A stretch of 64,000 nucleotides of DNA from an uncultured Candidatus Saccharibacteria bacterium. GTDB lineage: Bacteria > Patescibacteriota > Minisyncoccia > Phycocordibacterales > DATDWN01. The DNA lies in NCBI GenBank assembly GCA_964586695.1, contig CAZPGQ010000003.1, forward strand, positions 888-64,887, written 5' to 3'. Of the stretch, positions 19,278 to 27,982 are shown piece after piece. The notes below the pieces were generated by a model that saw nothing but the letters and a program-made list of their open reading frames with translations, was not told where the DNA came from and searched no databases. Position 1 is the first letter of the stretch; every line of letters begins with the position of its first letter. The translations under genes and the position numbers were made by a program.

Positions 19278-20030
19278 ATGAAAAAAATTATTTTAAATTT
19301 GATTATGGCAGTACTTGTGTTTGGAGGTGCCAATTTTGTATACGCTGAAGACGGAATGGCGGGCATGGATATGCCAGCAAGTAGTAGTATGAAAATGAAC
19401 AAACCTCCAGTAAGACCTCAACCAGTAAAAGAGGCTGTGCAAGCTAAAAGAGAGGCTGGACAGGAGAAAATTCAAGATATAAAGCAGAAAATGGCTAGTA
19501 CAACTGAAGTCAAAAGAGATTTGCGACAAAAGATGGCAAGTACTACAGAGGACAAGAGAGAACTAAGACAAAAACTGGCTAGTACAACAGCAGAGAAACG
19601 AGATGAAAGAAAAGAGTTGATTAAAACTAGAATCGAAAATAAGTTCGGCAAAATGTTTGCTCGATATCAAGCAACAATAGAGAGAGAAAGAGAAATAGCA
19701 ACAAAAATCACAGCTAGAATAGAAAAAATCAAAGCTAACGGCGGAACAACTACAGAAGCTGAAAAGTTTGTAGCAGAAGCAAAAACATATCTAGACGAAG
19801 CTCAAAAACAACTTGATGCACTAAAGTCTACAGCAATGAACGACTCACAGGTAGCATCGTCTACAACAGCTTCAATTGCAAAAGAAACTTTGTCAGCAAT
19901 GAAAAAAGCTAACCAAGATCTAGAAAAGAACTTGAGATCAGCACACCAGTCACTACAAAAGTCAGTCGGTAGTCTAAAGGGAATGTCTCAGCTTAAAAAC
20001 GCTTCATCGACTAGAGAGCAAAATAGCTAA
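19278..20030 (+). CDS. Secreted helical protein with 14-aa tandem repeats
   Basis: Signal peptide ending VYA; three (K/R)QK(M/L)ASTT-E-KR repeats. Confidence 0.8.
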   Translation: MKKIILNLIMAVLVFGGANFVYAEDGMAGMDMPASSSMKMNKPPVRPQPVKEAVQAKREAGQEKIQDIKQKMASTTEVKRDLRQKMASTTEDKRELRQKLASTTAEKRDERKELIKTRIENKFGKMFARYQATIEREREIATKITARIEKIKANGGTTTEAEKFVAEAKTYLDEAQKQLDALKSTAMNDSQVASSTTASIAKETLSAMKKANQDLEKNLRSAHQSLQKSVGSLKGMSQLKNASSTREQNS

Positions 20031-20048
20031 TAATTAACAAATAAAAAT

Positions 20049-20399
20049 ATGGAACCAACAATACAACCAACAGCGCCTATACAGCCACCTATACAGCAAC
20101 CTATTGCACCACAAGATACAAACAAGTCTTCTATTGGATCAATAATAGGAATAATAGTTATTATTGCAGTAATAATACTAGGTGGACTATATTTCTGGGG
20201 CAAAAGAGTTGAAGAAGCAAAACTTAGACAGAGTATAGTAGAAGAAAATGCAGTAGCCACACAAGAGACTGTACCTGTAGACGAATCAACAAAAATAAAA
20301 GCAACAAGTCAGTCAGACGACTTAAATTCAATTGAAGCGGATTTGAACGCTACGAACCTTGATGATCTTGATGCAGAGCTAGATCCTCAAGCGATGTAA
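20049..20399 (+). CDS. Single-pass membrane hypothetical protein
   Basis: Pro/Gln-rich N-terminus, TM helix GSIIGIIVIIAVIILGGLYFW, acidic C-terminus. Confidence 0.8.
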   Translation: MEPTIQPTAPIQPPIQQPIAPQDTNKSSIGSIIGIIVIIAVIILGGLYFWGKRVEEAKLRQSIVEENAVATQETVPVDESTKIKATSQSDDLNSIEADLNATNLDDLDAELDPQAM

Positions 20400-20412
20400 A
20401 TATAAAATCTCT

Positions 20413-20453
20413 GTAAAGTAAAAAGCCACTAAATGTGGCTTTTTACTTTACAA
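20413..20453. terminator. Terminator-like inverted repeat
   Basis: TGTAAAGTAAAAAGCCAC...GTGGCTTTTTACTTTACA. Confidence 0.7.
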
Positions 20454-20483
20454 AATACGGCCTACAATATAGACTTGGAAACT

Positions 20484-21554
20484 ATGACAACAAAGCACTA
20501 TAAAGATATAAAAATCAATATTCTTCCAGAAAGAGAGGTTGAAATAATCGGCTCTATTACTGCAGAAAAAATGAGTCTAATGAGAGAAAAGGCTCTAAAA
20601 AAGCTGAAGGGGTCTGTTGAAATTCAAGGTTTTAGAAAGGGTCATGTTCCAGAAAACCTTATTGCCCAAAAGGTTGGAGAGGGATCGCTTCTAGAAGAAG
20701 CTGCTGAAATTGCCTTAAATGAAGAGTACCCAAACATTCTAGAGGAACACAAACTTGATGCTATTGGACGACCAGAAATAACAATAACTAAAATTGGTGT
20801 TGGAAGTGATATGGAGTTCAAAGTCAAAACTGCACTTATGCCAGAAGTAAAGCTTGCTGATTATAAAAAAATAGCAAAGAAAACAATATCGAAAGATACT
20901 AGTGCAGTAACTGTAGCAGAAAAAGAAATTGACGATGTCATAAAAACAATCAGAGAAAACATTGCGCACGAAAAAGTTCACGCTGAAGCTGGTGGAGGCA
21001 AAGAACACAATCACAGAGAGATAACTGATGCTGATTTGCCAGAAGTTAATGATGACTTTATTAAAATGCTTGGTGATTTCAAAGATCTAGAGGATTTTAA
21101 ATCAAAAATCAAGGAAAATATAACAAAAGAGAAAGAAATCAAAGAGAAGGACAAGAGAAGAACTGCAACTTTGGAAAAAATAATAGAAGAATCAACAATA
21201 GACCTACCTAAAATAATAATTGACGGTGAGTTAGACAAAATGACTGCACAGTTTAAAGATGATATCGCTCAGTCTGGTTTTTCTTTTGAGGACTACCTAA
21301 AGCATATAAAGAAAACTGAAGAAGACCTTAGAGCAGAATGGAAAGATACAGCAGTAAAGAGAGCGAAGTCACAAGTAATCCTAAATAACATCGCAAAGGA
21401 TGAAAATATAGCTCCAAAGGAAGAAGATATAAAAAAGGAAATGGAAAATATCCTATCTCACTACAAAGATGCTGACCGTTTCCGAGTAAGAATGTATGTT
21501 GAGACATTTATGACAAACGAGCTTGTATTCCAGTTCCTAGAGAATCTTAGCTAA
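20484..21554 (+). CDS. tig: Trigger factor, PPIase domain apparently deleted
   Basis: GFRKGHVP ribosome-binding motif, then LPEVNDDF and the C-domain; only ~356 aa. Confidence 0.9.
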   Translation: MTTKHYKDIKINILPEREVEIIGSITAEKMSLMREKALKKLKGSVEIQGFRKGHVPENLIAQKVGEGSLLEEAAEIALNEEYPNILEEHKLDAIGRPEITITKIGVGSDMEFKVKTALMPEVKLADYKKIAKKTISKDTSAVTVAEKEIDDVIKTIRENIAHEKVHAEAGGGKEHNHREITDADLPEVNDDFIKMLGDFKDLEDFKSKIKENITKEKEIKEKDKRRTATLEKIIEESTIDLPKIIIDGELDKMTAQFKDDIAQSGFSFEDYLKHIKKTEEDLRAEWKDTAVKRAKSQVILNNIAKDENIAPKEEDIKKEMENILSHYKDADRFRVRMYVETFMTNELVFQFLENLS

Positions 21555-21573
21555 TTTTTGGCTTAATAAAATT

Positions 21574-22272
21574 CTAAAGTAAAAGCAAACTTGTTGCAGA
21601 TATTGCGGCTGTTTCTGCACGCAAAACTTGAGAGCCAAGCGAAACGGCTGGGATGTTAAAGGTTTCGAATACTTTTAGCTCATTTTCGCTCCAACCACCC
21701 TCTGGACCGATAAAAATAGAAACTTCTTCATCATTTTCATCTACAGCATCTCTAATATACTTTCCGTCTAAATGTAGTAAGAGCTTTTTCTCTGGCAAAT
21801 TACCCTCTTGCAGTAACTCTTGCAGATCTACAATGTCACTGATAGCAGGAACACTTCCCCGTCCAGACTGCTCAGATGCTTCGACTACAATTTTCTGAAG
21901 TCTCTCCATATTTAAATTTTTCTTTTCACTTCTTTCACACAAAATAGGAATTATTCTTGAGACTCCAAGCTCTGTAACTTTTTCTGCAACTAATTCAAAA
22001 TTATCTTTCTTTATTAGAGCCATACACAGTGTAAGAGCGACTTTTGGTTTTTCACCACCATCTAGCTCCTCGACGACCTCGACCGTTGCGCTTGCGTTAG
22101 TCAAAAGTGTAATCATACATAGATAATCTGTCCCACTACCGTCAAAAAGAATAACCTGACTACCAACATTGTATCGAAAAACAGATCTCCACTGATGAAC
22201 CAGATCCCTATCGGGAACATCGAACTTTGAACCACTGACTGGTGTATTCAAATAAAATCTATGAATTCTCAT
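21574..22272 (-). CDS. rsmE: 16S rRNA m3U1498 methyltransferase
   Basis: MRIHRFY, EKVTELGV, EASEQSGR, IGPEGGW, LRAETA. Start reassigned to 22272. Confidence 0.93.
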   Translation of the reverse strand: MRIHRFYLNTPVSGSKFDVPDRDLVHQWRSVFRYNVGSQVILFDGSGTDYLCMITLLTNASATVEVVEELDGGEKPKVALTLCMALIKKDNFELVAEKVTELGVSRIIPILCERSEKKNLNMERLQKIVVEASEQSGRGSVPAISDIVDLQELLQEGNLPEKKLLLHLDGKYIRDAVDENDEEVSIFIGPEGGWSENELKVFETFNIPAVSLGSQVLRAETAAISATSLLLL

Positions 22273-22306
22273 AATAAAATGATAGCATATTTTCTGGAGG
22301 GCGCCG

Positions 22307-22399
22307 ATGACACAGAGGAACCGTGGATACATCTGTCCGAATTGTGGGCAGAAGTTCAAGAGATTGGATGGGCACGATAATTGCCCCAAGAGACTTTGA
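22307..22399 (+). CDS. 30-aa zinc-finger micro-ORF, possibly continuing by frameshift to 22476
   Basis: GGAGG upstream of ATG; MTQRNRGYICPNCGQKFKRLDGHDNCPKRL; below the ORF-track cutoff. Confidence 0.5.
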   Translation: MTQRNRGYICPNCGQKFKRLDGHDNCPKRL

Positions 22400-22482
22400 A
22401 ACCAGGAGAACCCGCCGCGACCAGCGAGTCCGTTCTGCATATCGATGATGCATTCGGCCGAAAGTTCCCGTTCTGAACCCAC

Positions 22483-22514
22483 GAGCCCCGATGAAGCGAT
22501 CTTCATCGGGGCTC
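22483..22514. terminator. Perfect 14-bp GC-rich stem-loop
   Basis: GAGCCCCGATGAAG-cgat-CTTCATCGGGGCTC. Confidence 0.65.
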
Positions 22515-22561
22515 TAACGATATGTTTTGCCTATTTTTGACTTTCTGATATACTCATTGTC

Positions 22562-23134
22562 ATGTTAATACCAACAGTAATAGAAAAATCACAGTTCGGA
22601 GAGAGAGCCTACGACATATTCTCTCGACTTTTACGAGACAATATTATATTCCTAGATGGTCCTATCGATGACCATGTAGCCAACCTTATCATAGCTCAAA
22701 TGCTATTTTTACAGTCAGAAGACCCTAAAAAGGATATTTCTTTCTACATAAACTCACCTGGAGGAAGTGTTACAGCTGGTTTGGCCATAATCGACACAAT
22801 GAACCACATAAAAAACGATATTTCCACAGTAGCTGTAGGAATAGCCGCTTCTATGGGGGCTCACATCCTAGCAGCAGGAGCAAAAGGCAAAAGATTTGCC
22901 CTGCCTAACGCAGAAGTTATGATTCACCAGCCTTGGGGAGGAGGAATTGAAGGAAAAGTCTCAGATATTGAGATTACAGCTAAGCAAATGCTCAAAAATA
23001 AGGATAGTTTGAACAAAATCTTCTCAAAAAACACAGGAAAACCCCTATCACAGGTAGAAAAGGATATGGATCGAGACTTCTTTATGTCAGCAGACGAGGC
23101 AAAGAAGTATGGAATAGTAGACAAAGTTCTATAA
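22562..23134 (+). CDS. clpP: ATP-dependent Clp protease proteolytic subunit
   Basis: [26 protein letters not shown]. Confidence 0.97.
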   Translation: MLIPTVIEKSQFGERAYDIFSRLLRDNIIFLDGPIDDHVANLIIAQMLFLQSEDPKKDISFYINSPGGSVTAGLAIIDTMNHIKNDISTVAVGIAASMGAHILAAGAKGKRFALPNAEVMIHQPWGGGIEGKVSDIEITAKQMLKNKDSLNKIFSKNTGKPLSQVEKDMDRDFFMSADEAKKYGIVDKVL

Positions 23135-23136
23135 TA

Positions 23137-23901
23137 CTAAGCTTTTATATCACTCGATAAATTCCAAATTTCATCAAAAACGGCACGCATCATCTTGGCG
23201 TGCTGTTTTGATTGAATTAAAACAGCACTATTCTCCTTTTTAGGAGCGATGTATAACGTCTTATCATCATAAATAAAAACAGTTGTTTCAAAGCTATTAT
23301 GCATAGATACAGGTAGTTGCCTTAAATCGGACTCGGAATAATATTTCCTCAAAACCTCTTTATTTGGAATGTCTTCCCATAAAGCCTTAGTCTTAAGACC
23401 TCTTTTCAGTTTTTCTCCTACATATTCATTTATAAAGTCCTCTCCAAGTTCGTGAAAAAAATTGTTTCCAGGGACAATTGACCGAATAATTTTCTCCTTT
23501 CCATAAAGAGTAAAAAATATCGCTGATTTTATCGATATAAGATTATCAAAATTAGAAACAATAGTCGCATTTTCTCTCTTTTTTAAAGGGTAGTACTTCT
23601 TAATTTTCTCCGCTCTATCTAATAATTGGTTTTGCTTCCTAATATTGATATTTATTAGCTCTAAAAGCTTATCCAATGGTTCCAGCTGGAATTTATTACC
23701 ATAATCTTTACCTGTTTTACTAACCAACCCTCTTTTTTCCAATGATGCCAATGAATAATACACTGTGGGTCTTTTTTCATTAGTAATCTTCATTATTTCT
23801 TTAACAGAAATTACACCATCAAGTAGTGCGGAATATACGGATATTTCCGCCTTTGGAAGACCTATTTCTTCCAAAATTATTTTTAGCTCTTTTTTGTCCA
23901 T
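23137..23901 (-). CDS. TrmB-family transcriptional regulator
   Basis: N-terminal HTH (EISVYSALL...RPTVYYSLASLEKRGLV) and a C-terminal effector-type domain (IYDDKT...FDEIW). Confidence 0.8.
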   Translation of the reverse strand: MDKKELKIILEEIGLPKAEISVYSALLDGVISVKEIMKITNEKRPTVYYSLASLEKRGLVSKTGKDYGNKFQLEPLDKLLELININIRKQNQLLDRAEKIKKYYPLKKRENATIVSNFDNLISIKSAIFFTLYGKEKIIRSIVPGNNFFHELGEDFINEYVGEKLKRGLKTKALWEDIPNKEVLRKYYSESDLRQLPVSMHNSFETTVFIYDDKTLYIAPKKENSAVLIQSKQHAKMMRAVFDEIWNLSSDIKA

Positions 23902-23995
23902 AATTTATAGTTGTATAGTTATTATTATACATTATTAAACAATTCTTTCAATTAACCTACTATAAACATAGATAGTTCTTTGAAAGGAGAAACCA

Positions 23996-24400
23996 ATGAG
24001 TGCAGAAGATTTTGTTTTCACCCTGATAAACATCTGGTTTGGACACTTTCTTGCCGACTTTTTCCTTCAGACAACGGAAATGGCGGACAACAAGTTTGTG
24101 CAGACAAGAAATGGAACCTACTGGTGCACGATTCATGTAATCGTATACACCTTAACCATAATGCTATTCCTTGAACAGAAAGATGTTGTTGCCTTCTTAG
24201 GAATCTTCATTCCCCACTGGATTATCGACAGATACTCCTTGGCATACAAGTGGATGAAGATTACAGGCGGTTCAGCAATGCTTTCTGGAAATAAGGAGGT
24301 AGCAAGTCACCCGTTTGGTCCAGTTGTTTACGTTGTAATGGACCAGATGCTTCACCTTTTCTCTCTGTATCTTTTGTTGAGATACATATCGGTCTTCTAG
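23996..24400 (+). CDS. DUF3307-like membrane protein
   Basis: GHFLADFFLQ, HVIVY, HWIID, DQMLH; AAAGGAG RBS. Confidence 0.75.
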   Translation: MSAEDFVFTLINIWFGHFLADFFLQTTEMADNKFVQTRNGTYWCTIHVIVYTLTIMLFLEQKDVVAFLGIFIPHWIIDRYSLAYKWMKITGGSAMLSGNKEVASHPFGPVVYVVMDQMLHLFSLYLLLRYISVF

Positions 24401-24410
24401 GAGGTATGAG

Positions 24411-24791
24411 ATGGGACTTGGATTATTTCGTGGCTCATTTTGTTCGAATGAAAGCGATTTCCAACAAATTAAGCCTCAACGACGTGCAAAGGAACAGACA
24501 CCAATTTCACAAGAACTGGTACTTGGGAACCCAAATCCCAACAACTTTGAGATCACCCGACTTGAAAAAGTACTCCGTTTTGTTGTGGTGATGATCAAAT
24601 ACCCAGATTGTAAGAACTACGAAGGAAACAAGATCCTCGTTTTTGAGGGGGTACCAACAAAGACCATTCTAAACCAGAAATCAATTGATCCACACTTCTG
24701 CAATTCCAAAACTCATCCTTCTCCTGTCGCAAGGTTTGAACCAACAGAAAAAGGTTGGGGTTATGCTGTTAAATTCTGCCAAACAGCATAA
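24411..24791 (+). CDS. Hypothetical protein
   Basis: AGGAGG RBS; motifs NPNPNNF, YPDCKNYEGNKILV, IDPHF, SPVARFEPT. Confidence 0.7.
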   Translation: MGLGLFRGSFCSNESDFQQIKPQRRAKEQTPISQELVLGNPNPNNFEITRLEKVLRFVVVMIKYPDCKNYEGNKILVFEGVPTKTILNQKSIDPHFCNSKTHPSPVARFEPTEKGWGYAVKFCQTA

Positions 24792-24796
24792 AACGA

Positions 24797-24822
24797 AGAG
24801 GCGTCGATTGTTCGGCGCCTCT
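24797..24822 (+). terminator. Terminator-like hairpin
   Basis: AGAGGCGTCGA...TCGGCGCCTCT. Confidence 0.6.
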
Positions 24823-25036
24823 ATTCTTATTTTTGACTTATTATCGAGTTTCTTATATAGTGAGGTTATTATTGATTAAATAATAACGGTTGTTTTTTGT
24901 TTTTCCCGTCATTTCCTGTTTATATCCAGACAATCAGAAATCCAAATTACCTTAAATATCTTAGAAAATTTAGAATTCATTCCCTACAAATACTAGAAAT
25001 TTCAAAAAGAGAGACGAAGGACGGCCAGCATAAAAT

Positions 25037-26569
25037 ATGATTCCATTACAAATAGTAGCGTACCTGCTTATAGCAGCATCGCTGATTTCACTAGGACTTG
25101 GTTACGGTTTGCGAATTTTGGTTTCTCGAGGAAAAAGAGGCTCAATGGAACTCGACATCAAACAAATGATGCTTGAGGCAAAGGACAAAGAGCAAAGGAT
25201 CCTGACAGAAGCAGAAGGTAAAGCAGAAGAAATACTTAAAGTTGCTAGATTCGAAATAAGACAAAAGGAGGATGCAAACAAGAAAAATGAAGAAAGACTT
25301 ATCAAAAAAGATGAGCTTCTTGATCATAGACAAACAGAAATAGACAAAGAAGTCGAAGAAGTAAAGAAAAAAATAGAAGAAATAAAAAATATAAGACAAA
25401 GTGCAGAGCAAATAGAAAGCCAAAAGAAAGAAGAGTTACAGAAAATTGCGAGACTAACAACAGAGGAAGCTCGTGAAGAAATTTTGAAAACTGTTGAAAA
25501 AGAATCTGAAGAGGATATCTTGGTAAAGATGCGAAAGATGGAACAGACTGGCCAAGAAAAACTAGAAGACAAAGCAAAAGAGATTCTAGCTACATCTATC
25601 CAACGACTAGCAAACTCTGTTTCATCAGACATGCTCACAACTCAAGTCACAATCCCAAGTGATGAACTTAAAGGAAAGATCATTGGTAAGGAAGGTAGAA
25701 ACATCAAAGCTTTTGAAAGAGCGACAGGTGTGGAAGTTATTGTTGACGATACTCCAGGTTCTATCACCATCTCCTCTTTTGACCCAGTAAGACGACAAAT
25801 CGCAAGAAACGCTCTCGAGAAACTTATTGCTGATGGAAGAATACAACCAGCAAAAATAGAAGAAATGGTACAGAAAGCAGAGAGTGAAATTGCAAAAACA
25901 ATAAAAGAAAAAGGTGAAGAAGCCGTCTATGAAACTGGTGTATTAGGACTAGACCCGCGAGTAGTTTCCATACTTGGACGACTCCACTTTAGAACAAGTT
26001 ATGGACAAAATGTTCTTGCTCACTCTATAGAGATGGCACACATTGCAGGAATGATAGCAGAAGAGATCGGTGCAAACGTACAAGTGGCAAAGGCAGGCGC
26101 GCTCGTTCATGACATAGGAAAAGCTCTTGATCACGAAGTTGTGGGAACACATGTAGAAATCGGAAGAAGAATTCTTCAGAAGTTTGGTACAGATGAAAAT
26201 ATCATCAAAGCAATGCAGGCTCATCATAATGAGTATCCGTACGAAACTCTTGAATCAATGATAGTTCAGTCTGCTGACGCAATATCTGGCGGAAGACCTG
26301 GAGCAAGACGAGACAGTATAGAAAATTATTTGAAGAGACTAAAGGATCTAGAAGCTGTTGCCTCTTCATTTACTGGCGTAGAGAAATCTTATGCCTTACA
26401 AGCAGGACGAGAAATTAGAATTTTTGTTACACCAACAGAAGTTACAGACCTTGAAGCAAAGAAAATGGCTAGAGATATAGCACTACGAATTGAATCTGAA
26501 CTGAAATATCCGGGAGAGATAAAAGTTACGGTAATAAGAGAGTCTAGGAACATCGAGTTCGCAAGATAA
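25037..26569 (+). CDS. rny: Ribonuclease Y
   Basis: N-terminal TM, coiled coil, KH (GKIIGKEGRNI), HD (HDIGK), SGGRPGARR. Confidence 0.97.
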   Translation: MIPLQIVAYLLIAASLISLGLGYGLRILVSRGKRGSMELDIKQMMLEAKDKEQRILTEAEGKAEEILKVARFEIRQKEDANKKNEERLIKKDELLDHRQTEIDKEVEEVKKKIEEIKNIRQSAEQIESQKKEELQKIARLTTEEAREEILKTVEKESEEDILVKMRKMEQTGQEKLEDKAKEILATSIQRLANSVSSDMLTTQVTIPSDELKGKIIGKEGRNIKAFERATGVEVIVDDTPGSITISSFDPVRRQIARNALEKLIADGRIQPAKIEEMVQKAESEIAKTIKEKGEEAVYETGVLGLDPRVVSILGRLHFRTSYGQNVLAHSIEMAHIAGMIAEEIGANVQVAKAGALVHDIGKALDHEVVGTHVEIGRRILQKFGTDENIIKAMQAHHNEYPYETLESMIVQSADAISGGRPGARRDSIENYLKRLKDLEAVASSFTGVEKSYALQAGREIRIFVTPTEVTDLEAKKMARDIALRIESELKYPGEIKVTVIRESRNIEFAR

Positions 26570-26710
26570 AATTAGACTCGCTCGATTTTAATGCAACTTA
26601 TTACAGACTCTGTCAATCTATTGCGCTAAAAAAGCCTTAATATATAATACTCTTATAGTAGATAAGGTTGGTCATAAGGTTTAGAATTATCATTAGTTAA
26701 TTTTATCATT

Positions 26711-26983
26711 ATGAATAAAGCATCAATAGTAGACGCAGTTCACGCGAAACTAGGTGGTACAAAAGTTCAAGCAGAGGAAGTTGTAGATACAGTTATTGAT
26801 TCTATCGTTTCTACTCTTAAAAAGGGTGGCGAAGTTTCAATCGCGGGTCTAGGAATCTTCTCTACAAAGACTAGAGCTGCAAGACAAGCTCGAAATCCTC
26901 GAACAGGAGCTACTATCTCAGTACCTTCAATGAAGGTTCCAAAGTTCAGAGCAGCTAAGGCTTTGAAGGAAGCAGTGAAATAG
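26711..26983 (+). CDS. hup: DNA-binding protein HU
   Basis: MNKASIV, GLGIF, ARNPRTG, PKFRAAKALK. Confidence 0.95.
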   Translation: MNKASIVDAVHAKLGGTKVQAEEVVDTVIDSIVSTLKKGGEVSIAGLGIFSTKTRAARQARNPRTGATISVPSMKVPKFRAAKALKEAVK

Positions 26984-26985
26984 TC

Positions 26986-27106
26986 GCTTGGTCTTTTTTG
27001 CGAATTTCTTTGTTGTTCGTTACGTTTGCTCCACGCGCAGTATACTTATACAGCTTGGTCACAAGCCTCACTCACAACTTCGAACTTCATCAAAAAATCC
27101 TCAAGC
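26986..27106. repeat. Dispersed imperfect palindrome, divergent copy B
   Basis: Minus strand reads GATGAAGTTCGAAG...CAACAAAGAAATTCGC, matching the ends of copy A (GATGAAATTCAAGG...CAACGCAGAAGTTCGC). Confidence 0.55.
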
Positions 27107-27126
27107 TTGCGTTCTCTCGAGAGAAT

Positions 27127-27158
27127 ATCAAAAAAGAGCCTCATGGCTCTTTTTTGAT
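27127..27158. terminator. Bidirectional terminator
   Basis: ATCAAAAAAGAGCC-tcat-GGCTCTTTTTTGAT. Confidence 0.75.
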
Positions 27159-27649
27159 TATTTATACTTTTCTAACATTTCTAATGCTCTTTTCATTAGA
27201 TGATCTCCTATTTCTCCCCATTTAACATATTCTTTGTAATCTTGAGGGTCTATTAGTTTTATTTCCAAAATATCTCCATCAGGGTCTGACTCAAATTCCC
27301 CATACGGTTCAACAATAGCAACCATTCTAGCTTGTCTTGATAGTGTTTTTTCTTTTTCAAACCATACATCTTGATAACCTATATATTCCATAGACAAAAC
27401 TCTCATATTCGATTCTTCTTTAATTTCTCTTTCTGCAGCCTCAGTATACGTTTCTCCTTTTTCAATAGCCCCGCCAGGTGGAGTCCACTCACCTCTCCCA
27501 TTTTTTACAACAACCAATTTACCCTCACAAAAACAAAAACAGTGTACTCCATGCAAGGTAGATTCACCTAAGTTTTGGCCAGGATCTTCATCTTCATAAG
27601 TTACATGATATGTTTCTCCTCTATTTTCAATTTGAGTTTTTATTTGCAT
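27158..27649 (-). CDS. NUDIX hydrolase
   Basis: Nudix box GGAIEKGETYTEAAEREIKEES. Confidence 0.9.
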   Translation of the reverse strand: MQIKTQIENRGETYHVTYEDEDPGQNLGESTLHGVHCFCFCEGKLVVVKNGRGEWTPPGGAIEKGETYTEAAEREIKEESNMRVLSMEYIGYQDVWFEKEKTLSRQARMVAIVEPYGEFESDPDGDILEIKLIDPQDYKEYVKWGEIGDHLMKRALEMLEKYK

Positions 27650-27675
27650 GTAAAAATACTAACATGATTAATATA

Positions 27676-27840
27676 TGCGGGATAGCGGATGTCTCACTTC
27701 TTGGAAACCGACGGTTTTCCAACGGAAGCAAAGCTTCCTGCCTTCCTGCACGGGAAACCAGACAGGTTTCCCGACCCCTTCCTTGGTTCGACTCCGCTCC
27801 CACAAAACAAAAAGCCCCCTAAAGGGCCTTTTGTGTTTTG
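27676..27840 (-). mobile_element. Putative 165-bp tRNA-3'-end-associated structured element
   Basis: 14-bp direct repeat TGCGGGATAGCGGA (27676-27689 and 27841-27854), an antisense T-arm copy and three internal hairpins. Confidence 0.55.
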
Positions 27841-27911
27841 TGCGGGATAGCGGAGTCGAACCGCTCTCCACAGTTTGGAAAACTGTTGTTTTACCGATAA
27901 ACTAATCCCGC
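27841..27911 (-). tRNA. tRNA-Gly(TCC)
   Basis: GCGGGAT/ATCCCGC acceptor stem; anticodon arm ACAGT-TT-TCC-AA-ACTGT; GGTTCGACTC; no encoded CCA. Confidence 0.95.
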
Positions 27912-27982
27912 AATACAAGCTATAGTATCAGAAAATAAATACTCTATCAAATTGTATTAGTGGCAAGTGATATAATACTGTT

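Noticed and set aside
20049-20110. Short CAACC/CAGCC repeats
   Set aside because: They simply encode a low-complexity PIQP linker.
22273-22506. 78-aa N-terminal extension of RsmE in the ORF track
   Set aside because: RsmE homology starts at MRIHRFY (22272), just after a -10 box; the extension is the antisense of the GC-rich insert.
27610-27918. Four overlapping 67-76-aa ORFs
   Set aside because: They arise from the GC-rich tRNA-Gly and its palindromic trailer and have no protein-like features.
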